Source: Octopus vulgaris (Eukaryota). From it: DNA of 64,000 nucleotides. The notes under the pieces are model-generated. The model was not told the origin of the DNA, did not search any database, and saw only the letters and a list, made by a program, of their open reading frames with translations. Made by a program: the position numbers and the translations under genes. Shown here one piece after another: positions 27,394 through 41,975 of the stretch. Location of the stretch: assembly GCA_951406725.2 (NCBI GenBank), contig OX597819.1:44578001-44642000 (forward strand). The letters run 5' to 3'. How positions within the stretch are numbered: position 1 is the first letter of the stretch; every line of letters begins with the position of its first letter.

Positions 27394-27960
27394 CTACTTC
27401 GTGTATTTTCTATTTAGTACTGGGGAAGTTTCATTTATGAAGACGTATTCCTGTATTTATCGGAGTGTTGGGTCCTTTTGGTGCTTGGATAAGATGCGGA
27501 TGTCAAGTTGACCCAGGTTGCCTCCATGCTGGTCCTTGTCATGTCGGTGGAGGACTGTTTTTTTGTCGTCATATTGTCTTAGATAAGCATTTAGTCATGC
27601 CGCAATGCTCCTAGATGTCTCCCCTATGTATGTCATGTTCATGTCTTTACAAGCACCTATGAATCTTATGCTGTAAACTACATTTCTTGTTCTGTAGTTA
27701 ATGCCAGTGCTAATCCTACATACCATGCAGTTATCATTGGTGCATATGGTATTCTCAAAGGGGTCCGTCCTACATAGTTACGATCTGACAGAACTCCCTG
27801 GTTTTTGAACAATCTTAATGTTGAGTTTGGTCTCCGTCAGAGCTTTCCTAAATCTACGGGCTAGTTCTCCATGTTCTGTGGACTCTACAAACATCACTCC
27901 TTGATATTTGATGGTTTTATACCACGTGTTCCCAAAAGAAGGCAGCGCGAATAACGGACA
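27394..27960 (-). pseudogene. PLE GIY-YIG endonuclease domain remnant
   Basis: Translates WYKTIKYQGVMFV...DPFENTICTNDNCMVC...NVVYSI...TYIGETSRS...DPTLR*IQEYVFINETSPVLN, with three in-frame stops. Confidence 0.9.
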
Positions 27961-27969
27961 GATTCAAAA

Positions 27970-28006
27970 CTATTGAAAAGGTTGCAAGGCGCAACGAAAA
28001 TTTTAG
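27970..28006 (+). ncRNA. Minimal hammerhead-like motif, U3-A8 variant
   Basis: CTA-TTGAAAA-G-GTTGC-AAGGC-GCAAC-GAAAATTT-TAG: perfect 5-bp stem II, AATT palindrome, 3-bp stem I. Confidence 0.6.
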
Positions 28007-28099
28007 AGAACCAAAGAAGGAAATGAGTGGAAATTTTACCGGTGTGTGTGTGTAAAATTATAAGGCACCAAAAGAAAATGACTCTCCCCAGACACAACA

Positions 28100-28166
<67 letters not shown>

Positions 28167-28213
28167 CATACATACATAATACATACATACATATGCGTTC
28201 TTGTCACATTTTG

Positions 28214-28620
<407 letters not shown>

Positions 28621-28852
28621 AGGAATCTTTACCCTTTATGTATAAAAATTCAGAATCGAAGCGAATCCGGTCCTTAAATAGTAAGGCCCCGAAACTGCTG
28701 TAGTGAACCACAATCCATCTGCTGTTATTTGCTTATATGTATGTGTTATTTTGAACCTTTGATTCCTACACATTTTTCTCGAGCGTTAAACTAATGCACC
28801 TGCCTGATGTTTCTTCACCTGTCTTCCTTCTTTGTTTTCTGTATATATATAC

Positions 28853-28914
<62 letters not shown>

Positions 28915-29420
28915 GTGTGTGTGTATGTGTGCGTGTGTGTGTGTGCGTGTATTTATGTATATATATATATATATATATGTGAATGTATGTGTATATATTA
29001 TCTGTATGTATGTATATGTATATTGTTTCCGATGTTATGGACGAAATTTAATCTGAGATTGGTTCCTTTGACTTTCTCTCAGAATAAATAATGCCAGGAC
29101 AAAACCTGAAAGATAAGCTTGGCTCAAATGGCCAGTCCATCATCCTACTTTGGTATTTTTTTTTTCTCAGTATAGAAAGTTGAAAGCCAACACCGAAATG
29201 CTTGCTTTCGATACCCTGAAACTCTAAAGGCTCCGTCATTGCAGCCTGACTTTTATATAACTATATACAACCAAGAGAAGGACACTAGAACACACACACA
29301 ACTTACACCCACCCACACCCACACACTGTAACATATATACGTATACAAGCATATAATGATATATGAACGCACACACATACACACACACGTATATTTATAC
29401 ATATGTACTCATTGATATAA

Positions 29421-29462
<42 letters not shown>

Positions 29463-30417
29463 GTGAGCACGTGTGTGTGTATATGTATATGCATATACGC
29501 ACTTATATATACATACATACACGCACACAGGCACACACATATACATACATACATCTGTATCCTTATACAAACATATATATACACAGAGACACGCACTCCC
29601 ACACACATAAATGGACCTAAGTATATACATAGATATGCTCATGACTTCGTGTCTCTTATTTGCAAACAATGAATTCTAGATAACTTGATTAGTTCACTTC
29701 TCATTTTGATTTCGTCTATTATTATTTTTTTTTCGCCTTTATACTTTTTACCCTGAGTATCTTACAAATCTCATAATAGCTCCTATGGTATGTAGTGCAG
29801 AGTATTGATAAGTTTTGCAGCCAGGATTTAATTTGATAGTCGGGTACTTCAAAACATTTACACTCCATAACATAGTTAACACAAATAGTATTCAAAGTGG
29901 TCAGAGACGGCCATATATGAAAGAAGGTTAAAGGAACAATAATATCAAAATAATAGATCAATAAATATATTTTTTGTAGCACTGATACGCACAAACTTGA
30001 TTTTTTTTTTATGGATCTGTCTCGTCTGCCTGAATATGAATATCATATATATATATATATATATTCATATATCTGCGTTGCGTGTCTGTGTGCATGTTTC
30101 TACACACACATACACACACAAACATATACACACAGTTAATTCAAAGTTTTAGTGTGGATGAACTGAGAATGTACGCGCATAATTTTCTTTGTTGTTCTAA
30201 GACTAGGTTGTCCCTTGATGGACTGTTTCTAGGTATATTGACCATTCCTCAAAGAAGGCGTACTCGCCTTTCTCACACACACACATACACATACGCGCGC
30301 ACATACACAGTAAGTATATATTTATATCTTATATATATAGATATATTTACACACACACATATATATGTATATATATCTACACACAGATAAGTAGATGGAT
30401 ATACATGTAAAGATTTA

Positions 30418-31428
30418 TGTTTATATCACTGTATCAGCCAGTCTATCAGATGATGTTATACATCGTTAGTCACAATGCGCTTTCAATTCTTTCTTGATTG
30501 CGCCATTCATTTTCATCTTATCCCAAAACGGTTAACTTAATCGTCTTCCCACCGTCGTGAAATCCTCCCGATTGGCTATATCACTCTCTTTGGTACAACT
30601 CGGAAAATGCAAGGTTGGTATGTGAACCTCACAGCATATCCATCTAAGCGGAACCTGTGCTTTCACCATTCTGCAATCACATCGTTCACACCTCTCCGTT
30701 CTCTAGTTATCCCATGTCGAATATACTCTCGGAAAGATATTCCTAACATGAATTTTCCTGGGCACTTTGCGCCGTATCCTATCGATTTTCTGTCTGCTTC
30801 GTAGTATCCCACGTCTCACTTGTATATAATAGCGTGGGTAGAACTATTCAAAAGACAGGCAAGTCCAGTTTTGCTTTAAGCAAATTACTTACTTAGGTAA
30901 ACGCATTCCATCCTGCAATTATTCTCTTCCAGATTTCAACATCCGTGTCTCGCCGCGTGCTTTAAATAGATACCCTTCTTTACCTCAAAAAAGCCTTGTT
31001 TTTAGACGGCTTGTATTTTGCTGTCATGCGGCTCATTTTAAGATCTACGGGTGGGCTGTGAGTGTCCAGTTACGTTAGCATCGTCTGCAGCTGATCACTG
31101 CTTTCCGACACGAGTAAAATATCATCTGCAAATCGAAGATGTGTTAATAGCCTGTCATTAATAGTCACGCTACCTGCGCCGTCAAAGTCTCTGATTACTA
31201 GACATGCATTGAAGTGATTCGAAGTGATGGTATCCTGTCTCAATTAGTGGCGATAGCAGAGCAATTTATCTGGGATACATTTAGAGTTCAAATTCCTTGA
31301 CACCTTGCATTTCCAAACATTTCAACAATGCTTTATTCTCAACGCTATCGAAAGCCTTTTCGTAGTTAACGAACGCAATTCACAGAAGTATTCTTTTTTC
31401 ATTCGATCGTTCTAAAAGCTGTGTTAGT
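30418..31428 (-). mobile_element. RTE-clade LINE reverse transcriptase remnant with 3' end
   Basis: Minus-strand peptides IAFVNYEKAFDSVE, LRQ-DTI, LLTHLRFADDI and PTLLYTSETW. Confidence 0.9.
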
Positions 31429-31596
31429 ACACACAAACACACACACACACACACACACCTCACAAACTTGGACGATTAATGATAAAATTGATACTCACTA
31501 TAAAACAGAGGTATTTAATTTCATATCCATGATAAAATCCAGCGTCTTAAAAAGCGAGTTGTAAAACACAGTCAACAACGAATAACAACAATAATA

Positions 31597-31815
31597 GTTT
31601 CAAAATTTGACACAAGGCCAACAATTTCGAGTTTGGGCTAAGTCGATTACATCACCCCCCCCCACTCCCCAGTGCTCAACAAGTACATATTTTATCCACC
31701 TCCAAAAGGACAACAGAAGAAGAAGTCGACTTCGGCGGAATATGAACTCAGAAAGTAAAGTCGGCCGAATTGACACAAGTATTTTGCCTGGCGTGCTAAC
31801 AATTCTGCCGGCGCG
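31597..31815 (-). mobile_element. SINE family B
   Basis: Family B head, core and tail on minus, beside (AAT)n. Confidence 0.85.
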
Positions 31816-31865
31816 TTGAGTAATAATAATAATAATAACAATAATAATAATAAAAAAAAAAAAAA

Positions 31866-31930
<65 letters not shown>

Positions 31931-32164
31931 CAACGACGACGATGACGACGATTTATTTTATTTCTCTCAGAGCAAGCATCGAATGAATTAGACTTTGTGA
32001 AAGAGTATACATAGTGGGGGAGATTAACATAAAATGTGATGAGGTGAATAATATAAAAAGTACATAAAATAAGATTTACACATAGCAAATAAATACATGA
32101 ATGCATTTCTCAAGCTATAAGAGGACTTTTAACGAGGACCAATAAAAGTTTGCTGTTTGCGATA

Positions 32165-32619
<455 letters not shown>

Positions 32620-32876
32620 TGTAAGATCACTCTCACCGATTGCCCTCTCTCGATTGCTGTTTTCTTATCTATATGCGCATGTTTACAGTAAATCTATTAA
32701 CCCTGACCATTTTAACTAGAGCCACTTACCTTTGACAAAATCACTAGGGGTGTGTACTTCACCCATCATCCTTTCCAAATGGAGCATAAAAATGTAGATG
32801 AAGGATTGCCCGCCGAGAAAACTTACTGTCCTCAATCCATTCAGCCTCGTCCGACATTCATCATCGTCACCACAAT

Positions 32877-33050
32877 AATCCTTTCTACTAAAGGCAGAAG
32901 GTTTGAGATTTGGGGGAGTAGACAAGACGATCACATCGTATTAATTTATAGAACCCGAAAAGAAGAAAGTCGACTTCGGCAGAATTTGTATTCAGAATTT
33001 GAACTTAGCATTTCGCCCGGTGCGCTAACGATTCTGTCAGCTTGCCGCCT
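32877..33050 (-). mobile_element. SINE family B
   Basis: Tail AATCCTTTCTACTA on plus; head GGCGGCAAGCTGACAGAATCGTTAGC on minus. Confidence 0.85.
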
Positions 33051-33052
33051 TC

Positions 33053-33113
<61 letters not shown>

Positions 33114-33136
33114 TGATGATGATGATGATGATGATG

Positions 33137-33182
<46 letters not shown>

Positions 33183-33196
33183 TGATGATGATGATG

Positions 33197-33260
<64 letters not shown>

Positions 33261-33323
33261 TAATAACAACAACAACTATGTCTTGATTGAATATACCTAT
33301 ATGTCTTGATTGAATATACCTAT

Positions 33324-34238
33324 AGTTTATTAATAGAAAGTGGCATGTTCCCTAATGGGCAAAAAGGGTGTAAACGTGGGTCCTATGGTTGTAAAGATCA
33401 GCTACTTATCAGTAGGATAGTCTTGGAAAATTGTCACAAATGACACAAAAACTTGTCGATATCTTTGATAGAGTATAAAAATGCTTTTGAAAGTCTACCA
33501 CATAGCTGAATAAGGAAATGCCTGGAAATGTATAAAATAGCACCTAGTCTGCGAAATGTTTTGTCTGTAAGTATGAGATCATGGGGAACCACACTGATTT
33601 TGAACAGTGACAATGAATCTCTTAATGCTGGAGTTATAAGAATTTTATCTGACATTTTCCACGGTGACTCTCTATCACCACTTCTCTTTTGTCTAGCCTT
33701 AATACCTCTCTCGAAATTGCTCGATGATGTACAACACGGCTATAAATTGTTTGATAAAGATATAAATTATCTCATTTACATGGATGATTTAAAGCTCTTT
33801 GCAAAAAATGGCCAACAACTACAAGGCTTACTAGCGTTTGTAAAAGCAACTCAGTGATGGCATCAGGATGCAATTTAGCCTCGATAAATGTGCAAAAGTG
33901 ACCTTTATCAAAGGGAAAATGACGGAAATATCCAACGTTAATCTGGATCAGCAGAATGTCATAAAGAAGTTTGAACCAGGGGAGAGCTACAAATTTGAAG
34001 GTGATGGAATCAAATATTCAATGATGTGGGAAAGAACCAGAAGAGAATGTTATCGCAGGGTAAGGGCAATACTCAAGGTAGAGCTGAATGCAAGAAACAG
34101 GATCGAAGCAATCAATACTTTGGCTATAAAGCGTCGTGACTTACAGTTTCAATATCATTAACTGGTCAATTACTAAAATATGTAATCTTGACAGAAAAAT
34201 ACGAAAATTCTTGACCTTGCATAGAATGCACCACCCTA
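33324..34238 (+). mobile_element. Dong/R4-clade LINE reverse transcriptase remnant
   Basis: QKGCKRGSYGCKDQLLI, IFHGDSLSPLLFCLALIPLS, YMDDLKLFAK, FSLDKCAK, ELNARNRIEAINTLA and LDRKIRK..HRMHHP, with stops and frameshifts; follows a long (AAT)n. Confidence 0.92.
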
Positions 34239-34559
34239 ATGCACCTCCAGCAAACCTTGATAGGTGCAGACGTGGACGTTTCTCTGTAGCTGTCGCTCTG
34301 TATGATTGCATCTGTAACCCCTTTATATTTTCTCAGTGTGATCTTGCTTATAGTTTACTCGTCCGCATAACGTGACACGTCTCTCCTGTGACACTTGAAC
34401 CACTCTTGCTTCTGCATAAATGTCAAAAGGAGCCAAAATGTACATGTGGAATAAGAGAACATACATGGATAGCAATTTTATCACACACCTAGCAATGTAG
34501 CTATATACTGAATCGATTCAGCCTATGAAAATTGAATAGAACTTGTTTGCACTACGTAT

Positions 34560-35950
34560 AGACAATATTGAAATGAACCAGGTCCTTGAGAGTTCGAGGA
34601 AGCCCATTTTGTTTATCCTGCAGCATGTAAATGTTGATGTTTTTTGGTTTGGCTAAAAAAGACTATATTTTTCTTGAACTTCTTCAGTGAAATATACTAA
34701 CTTTTTAATAGAGTGTTCTTTCTGCTGTATCTTGTTATTTATTACAGTTTTCTTTTGCACTATAGTTTTTCTCGGAACTTACAACCATCTGTTCAATTTC
34801 TGAGTGAATATACAGTTGGACACAAACTACGATGTCACCTACGTTCATACATTCCATAACATTGTCCTCATTCATCTTCAAGGCAAGATTCGTGACAGCA
34901 AGATTACTTAAATCATTAGCAGAAAAAGTACTTGATGTATAATCTGCTTTTTCTTCTGAAACCTTACATTCTGAAATGTCATTTGTTTTTACATCATCAG
35001 TCAAATATTCTTTTCTACTGAAATTTTGGGGGAGTGGGGCCAGTCGATCGACCCCAGTATGCAACTGGAACTTACTTTATCGATCCTGAAATGATAAAAG
35101 GCAAAGTCGACCTCGGCGGAATTTGAAGTCAGAACGTAGCGAGGAACAAAATGCGGCTAAGCCTTCTGCTCAGCGTGCTAACAGCTTTGCCAAGTTTTTA
35201 CCAGACGTTTTGCTTTTAGATGTGCAGAGCTTTTCTCTATACTAAGAATAATCTTGTTATAAAGACCAAAGTCAAATCGACCTTTCCCTTCAGGAACAAG
35301 ATATCTGGAATCACATTCTTACTGAAGCTATAAATCACTATAGCTTTGAAGGCTCTTGGATGAAAATTTTCGCCGATTACCACCAACGTACATTTATAGG
35401 TTCTCGCAGTGTTAGAGTATTCTAGAAAAGTGGCACGTTTTGATGTTCTGTACTTTATCATTAAATGATTCTAAATCATCTACAGAAGGCAATTTCATCT
35501 GTATTTTTGTCTTGCCCACTACTTAACTATACACCAGAAACACCTCAAGAAACGCAAAAACTTTTGACTGCATAAAATGTTCACCAGGAACTGGATAATT
35601 TAAGCTGTCTCATTGCTTACAAGGATGACGTTAATTTTCCATGCATTGACACTCGTACTAATATCGATCTACCTTGCGTAAAATATTTTCGTTTGTTCCC
35701 TGACAAATCAACACCGTCAATACACGTAGCTTAAACTACATTCTCAGCACTTCAACCAGCTCTGATACTTTCTCATCCTTTATTGGCCTACTCTCAACAA
35801 AGAAGTGGGGCATTTTTTTCTTTCTGTTTCTTTGTCACTTACAGTCAAAGACGCAACGTAGTACGAGCCATAAAAACTTCTGACAGACACATCACTATCG
35901 AGTTCAGCTATTCAAAAGATTTTATGGCATTTGTGTCTTGTATAATGAAC
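34560..35950 (-). mobile_element. Tigger/pogo-type DDE transposase relic interrupted by SINE B (35007-35195)
   Basis: Minus peptides TVSD.KKQKEK, RATFLEYSNTARTYKCTLVVIGENFHPRAFK (compare RxTxLxCxNAxGTHKxxLLVIGKSxxPRAFK) and ECMNV...HSEIEQMV. Confidence 0.75.
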
Positions 35951-36014
35951 GACACCTCTTTTATGCATGAGATCTCTGACAAGAGCTAAATACGAGCTGT
36001 TTATAATAGTTTCT

Positions 36015-36720
36015 TATTTAATCACAAGCCATTTTAAGGTGGAGGTTATTAATCAATGTCCTCAACTCTACTCTTTGTCTGGTACTTTATAATGTCCCCG
36101 AAAGTATGAAGAGCAAAATGAGTCTCAGTAGTATTTGAACTATAAACTTAAAAGCTGTAACTAAATTCCGACGCGCTAACGATTGTTTCATTCTGCTCAT
36201 CTGAGTGTTTATAATAATTGTAACATAGGCAGAAGAATTGAAATTCTGAAGGAAGGGTTAAACGGATTGTATCCCCTGCAGCACTTAACTGGAATTTTAT
36301 TCAATCGACTAATGTGAGTGAAAGACAAAACTGATCTCGGTGGGATTTGAATTGAAAATAGAGAAATACTACATATTATTTTGCCCGATGCTGTAACCGT
36401 TCCGCCAGGACGTCACTTTTGAGTAGAAAACGCGAAAAAAAAGAAAGAAAAAGAAAAAGTGCATGAATGCCCTGACAGTGTTTACCAAATGTTGATGCCA
36501 CATTCAAAGAATTACCAAAACATTTGTAACACGTTGCCGTGCCGAATTGAATATGTATAACTTAGCTTCGGACCAAGTTACCCGTGGGTCGATTAGTGTA
36601 GGTCGACTGAAATAGTTTATAAATTAAGCGAATGTTTAAACAACATGTCAGTTTTTATCGATCCCGAGTGGATGAAAGGCAAAGTCGATCTCAGTGGTTT
36701 GGAAATCAGAACCTAAGGAA
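36015..36720 (-). mobile_element. Cluster of three diverged SINE B copies
   Basis: GAAAG.CAAA..GA.CTC.G...ATTTGAA motif at about 36110, 36320 and 36675. Confidence 0.65.
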
Positions 36721-36887
36721 CTGGAAATCAATAGTACATCTAATAATAATTGGTTCAATACAAGACACAAGGTTTCTAAAGATGCCGTTAAAATAAAATC
36801 AAAGTAAAACTGAAGACTTCACAAAAATGGTTTCTGATATAATCCCAAGGCCAACAAATTCAGATTAATTTAATCAGCCTTAAACGT

Positions 36888-37118
36888 GTATTAGGCATGA
36901 TAAAAAAATATTCAGACAAATACATAACAAACACACCAGGACTTACAAACACATATAACATACAGAAAATTGCACTACTAGGCACTGCACACATCCTACG
37001 CAGAACACTTTCAATACAGTAACCATCAGAGCATCACAACAAATCACAGCACATACCGAAGGCACACAGAGCTGCGCTCGGTAGTGAAGTGAAAGCACGT
37101 TATAAAAAAAACCTGCTG
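36888..37118 (+). mobile_element. Dong/R4 LINE 3' end in (AAT)n
   Basis: Translates LGMIKKYSDKYITNTPGLTNTYNIQKIALLGTAHILRRTLSIQ*, then a short 3' UTR and (GAT)(AAT)n. Confidence 0.88.
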
Positions 37119-37134
37119 AATGATGATGATGATG

Positions 37135-37185
<51 letters not shown>

Positions 37186-37191
37186 TTAATG

Positions 37192-37231
<40 letters not shown>

Positions 37232-37237
37232 TAATAC

Positions 37238-37319
<82 letters not shown>

Positions 37320-37322
37320 CGC

Positions 37323-37687
37323 AACAAAAGCACTCAGAGAGCGCAAACCACCGCCAAGGCAACACCAACGATTAGCCGGAGATGATTTTTGAAATGAGAA
37401 TATCTGAAATAAACTCGACTGCTCTCACAAACGAAAATACTAAAAATGATCACGACTGCTCTCAAAAATTAAGTAAAAAAACAACAAAAAAAAAACAGGA
37501 AAAATAGTCCAGAATCCTTGTCCGGTACCGGATCGATCCCGAAATCTAATAAGTTCGTTCCAGTCACGACGCCAAATATCTCAGAAAGTTTCATCTGAAA
37601 CCATCCAGCGGTTCTTGAGATATCTTGTCCACAGACTAAAAAACACGACTGAAAACAATACCGCTCCCTTCGCTAAGGGGAAGGTAA
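37323..37687 (-). mobile_element. Helentron-associated non-autonomous element (HINE/DINE-1-like), short form
   Basis: Subterminal ACCTCCGCC-like repeat, near-terminal palindrome CCTTCGCTAAGG, end stem-loop GCACTCAGAGAGCGC; A/T-run flanks and no TSD. Confidence 0.7.
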
Positions 37688-37987
37688 TAATGATTTCATT
37701 TATTTGCTAGCAGGATGAAGGATGAGGGAGACAATACAAAACAAACATTAAAGTGTGGAAGTTTCCAAATAACGAAATTGTTTTTTTCCTCTATATGTTG
37801 CGAGTTATACTGAACGACTGCCATAACTAAGCAGACAAGAAGTCCAGTACTGACGGAGGAAAATACCTCGAAACTAGACTGGTTTACTGCTCTTGTCACT
37901 GCTAGATAGCAGGGGTCGAAATGCGCTAAACATTTTGCTCTGTATGCTAACGATTCTGCCAGATCGCCGCCGTCAATAATAGTAATG

Positions 37988-38060
<73 letters not shown>

Positions 38061-38085
38061 TAATAATAATAACAATAATAATAAT

Positions 38086-38297
38086 CTTCTGTATTATAGG
38101 CAAAAGGCCTTAAATTTGGGAGAGGGTGATAGTCGCTTACATCGACCGTAGTACTCAACAGGTACTTAATTCATCGACTCCGAAAGGCTGAAAGGCAAAG
38201 TCGACCTTAGCCGAATTTGAACTCGGAACGTAGCGACGAGCGAAATGCGGCTAAGCATTCTTCCCGGCGTGCTAACAACTTTGTCAGCTTGCCGTTT
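38086..38297 (-). mobile_element. SINE family B
   Basis: Family B motifs. Confidence 0.88.
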
Positions 38298-38301
38298 TCG
38301 A

Positions 38302-38348
<47 letters not shown>

Positions 38349-38379
38349 ATAATAATACTACTACTACTACTACTACTAC

Positions 38380-38458
<79 letters not shown>

Positions 38459-38592
38459 AAGAAGAAGAAGAAGAAGAAGAAGAAGAAGAAGAAGAAGAAG
38501 AAGAAGAAGAAGAAGAAAAAGACGAAGAAGAAGAAGAAGAAGAAGAAGAAGAAGAAGAAGAAGAAGAAGAAGAAGAAGAAGAAGAAGAAGAA
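38302..38592. repeat. Compound microsatellite (TAC)n-(TAA)n-(GAA)n
   Basis: Directly visible. Confidence 0.98.
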
Positions 38593-39483
38593 GGGCATCC
38601 AGAGAACGCAAACCTCCAGCAAGACAACACCACCGTCCTCTCAACGGTTAACCAGAGATGATTTTTAAAATGAGAATATCTGAAATAAACTCGACTGCTC
38701 TCACAAAAGAGAATACTAAAAATAAACCCAACCTCTCAAAAATTAAGTAAAAAATCCGGAAAAATAATCCAGAAACCTTGACCGGTATTTGATCGATCCC
38801 AATGTTAGTCATGGAGTGTGAAGTTGGCTGTAGGAAATTTAGTAACAGCAATGAATAGTCCGTCCTTATCTAATACAAGCCAAAGTTAACAAATTCACCA
38901 TTCAAAATAGTTTCAAAGGCGGAGTTAATAAGTTCTACTCAGGAATTTTAAATGAATAGCATGAGACCTTTTTGTTTTCTCTTCTCTTAAATTCCAGCTT
39001 TCCAGATGTATGTATATATGTAAGTATTCCGTAAAGTGTTAACATGTATGATTAATATATAATATATATATATTTAAAAAATATGTCAGTGTTATTTAAT
39101 TTCTGAACGGTTTTGCTGCCGTTTGTTTATGTAGTTTGATTTCTTTATCCATCAATCTCTACTAAGATACAGACGCGAGTAAAATTAACGATAGAGAAAT
39201 GAAAATAAAACTTTGGGAAGCAGCCTAAAGGGAGATAATTGAGAAAGACTTGAAAGTGAACGTAAGATCGTAATAATGTAAAGTAAATATAACAAATAAT
39301 CCAGAATCCTTGTCCGGTACCTGATCGATCCCAAAATTTAATCAGTTCGTGTCAGTCACAAGGACAAACATCCTTGAAAGCTACATCCGAATCCAACTAG
39401 AGGTTCTTGAGATATCTTGTCCATGGACAAAAATACATACACGACTGTAAACAATACTCCCACCTTCGCTAAGGCGGAGGTAG
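38591..39483 (-). mobile_element. HINE-like element, long form
   Basis: Same termini as 37323-37687 with about 530 bp of extra internal sequence. Confidence 0.75.
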
Positions 39484-39485
39484 TA

Positions 39486-39695
39486 ATCCTTTCTACTATA
39501 GGTACAAGGCCTGAAATTTGGTGGGAGGTGACTAGTCGATTACATCGACCCCAGTGTTTCACTGATACTCAATTTATTGACCACGAAATACTAACTGGCA
39601 AAGTCGACCTCGGCAGAATTTCACCTCAGAACGTAGCGATGAGCGGTGGCTAAACATTCTACCCGGCATGTTAACAATTCTAGCAGCTCACCACC
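39486..39695 (-). mobile_element. SINE family B
   Basis: Family B motifs. Confidence 0.88.
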
Positions 39696-39750
39696 TAATA
39701 ATAATGATATAGATAATAATAATAATATAAATAATAATTATAATAACAAT

Positions 39751-40796
39751 AACAAGAGCACTCGGAGAGCACAAACCCCCACCAAGGCAAAACTAACATC
39801 CTCTCAACGATTAGCCGGAATCGATTTTTAAAATAAGAATATCTGAAATAAACTCGATTGCTCTCACAAACGAGAATACTAAAAATGAATCCAACCGCTC
39901 TCAAAAGTTAAGTTAAAAACAGGGAAAAATAATCCATAATCCTTGTCCGGTGCCTGATCGGTCTTAGTGGTAGTCATGGAATGTGAAGGCAGGAGTGTGA
40001 GCCGTGTTTGTAATACTGTCCGTGTGTTGTCTGTAGTGCTAACAGTTTTTTCTATGAGGCTATTCTTTAGCCTATCCACTGATATAGTGCCTTTACGACC
40101 ATTAAGGTCTATAATGAAAAAATTATCCGTGCGTGAAAGAAAACGGAAAGGACCTGCATACGGTGCTGTTAACAGAAGTTTAACATCATTGCGCAGAAAA
40201 CGTGAGTCCAAGAAGTAAAGCTTCCTTCAAGGCAGAGTTAGAAATGCAATTGTCAAGTAGGTGAGAAGTTTTAAGCAGGAGCGATATATTAAAAATCGGT
40301 AAAACTGAAAATTATCGAGGATAAATTAAATTTATTATTGTTACTGAATATGTTAGTGTCATTTAATTTCTAAACAATTTTGCTACCATTTATTTATGTA
40401 GTTTGATATTTTTTCTTATCCGTCAGTTTCTACTAAGATAGAGACGCGAGTAAAATTAATGACAGAGAAACGAAAATAAAACTTTGGAAATAGCAACGCC
40501 GCCATAACTTACATGGAAACCATGAGCATGCTTTGAAAGGAGATAATCAAAGAAAGACTTGAAAGTGAACGTAAGATCGTAATATTTTATGTAAAGTAAA
40601 TATGATATTGCAGAATCCTTCTCTGGTACTGGATCGATCCCAAAATCTAATCACTTCGTGCCAGTCACGAGACCAAGCATCCCTGGAAGTTTCATACGAA
40701 TCCATCCAGCGGTTATTGAGATATCTTGTCCACGGACAAACAAACAAACAAACAGGGCTGAAAAACAAAACTTCCTCCTTCGCGAAGACGAGGTAA
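39751..40796 (-). mobile_element. HINE-like element, long form, carrying a Gypsy integrase fragment
   Basis: Same termini, an (AAAC)n tract near one end, and an internal segment partly shared with 39085-39295. Confidence 0.78.
40040..40205 (-). pseudogene. Ty3/Gypsy integrase C-terminal (GPY/F) fragment
   Basis: ORF track peptide FLRND..LLTAPYAGPFRFLSRTDNFFIIDLNGRKGTISVDRLK. Confidence 0.88.
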
Positions 40797-40801
40797 TAAT
40801 G

Positions 40802-41005
40802 ATCCTTTCTGCAATAGTCACAAGAGCTGAAATGTTGGGAGAGGGGACTAGTCGATTACATCGACCACAGTGTTTCACTGGTACTTAATTTATCGACCCC
40901 GAAAGGCTGAAAGCAAAGTCGACCTCGGCAGAATTTGAGCTCAGAACGTAGCGAAGAGCGAAATGCAGCTAAGCCTTCTGCCTGGCGTGCTAACAGCTCT
41001 ACCTT
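40802..41005 (-). mobile_element. SINE family B
   Basis: Family B motifs. Confidence 0.9.
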
Positions 41006-41006
41006 C

Positions 41007-41143
<137 letters not shown>

Positions 41144-41521
41144 GAAGAATTTATGCATTTATTTATCTATTTATTTATTTATTTATTTATTTCCACAAGG
41201 GCAACGAATGGCTGACATTACAGAGAAAGAAAAAGTATCACAGTCTACAAAATAAGACTAATAACAACAGTGACTGTGATAGGTAAAGATTATGTGTTTG
41301 AATGTCGCAAATAAAAGTTTTTGCAGTGAACTTTGTGTTATGTTGGTTGATCATGTCGGTGACTTTCCTAGCCAGTTTACCATTCAGCTTCCCTCCTGGC
41401 ATCAACCGTTTTAGTTGGCAGACTTTTGATGTTTGAATTCCAAAGAATGCTTTCTACTTTATCATTTCCACAACAACGTTTTCACATTGCTTTGATGGCA
41501 TATTGTATGGATGTATATACT

Positions 41522-41571
<50 letters not shown>

Positions 41572-41907
41572 TAGGGTGAGAAAGAGTGAAAGAGAGTGGG
41601 TGACAAAGTGAAAGAAAGATTGGGAAACGAGAGGGTTAATGAGAGCTAGAGATAGTGAAGGGGAATGGAGAGAGGAGAGATAGATAAAATATGTGATTTT
41701 CTAGAAGATTATGTGACTGTGTGTACGTATGTGTGTAAAGAGAGAAAGAGTTAGAGAGAGAGAGAGAGAGAGAGAAAGAAAGAGAGAGAGAGAGAAAGAG
41801 ATGGGGCTGATAACGAAAGAAGGACACGCTAGCAGAAGAGAATGATCAAGATTAAGAGACGAAGAATGAAGAAATAAAGTCAGATGGAATGAGAAAATTT
41901 GATATAG

Positions 41908-41975
<68 letters not shown>

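Larger units (their letters stand above)
26966..28104 (-). mobile_element. Truncated Penelope-like element with inverted pseudo-LTRs (27027-27167 / 27965-28104)
   Basis: An inverted ~140-bp repeat brackets a GIY-YIG remnant, with an HHR-like motif in each repeat and a (TA)n flank. Confidence 0.85.

Noticed and set aside
29200-29245. HHR-like ATGACGG...GAAAGC on the minus strand (a similar weak case lies at about 14270-14300)
   Set aside because: Multiple core mismatches and poor stems; compatible with chance.
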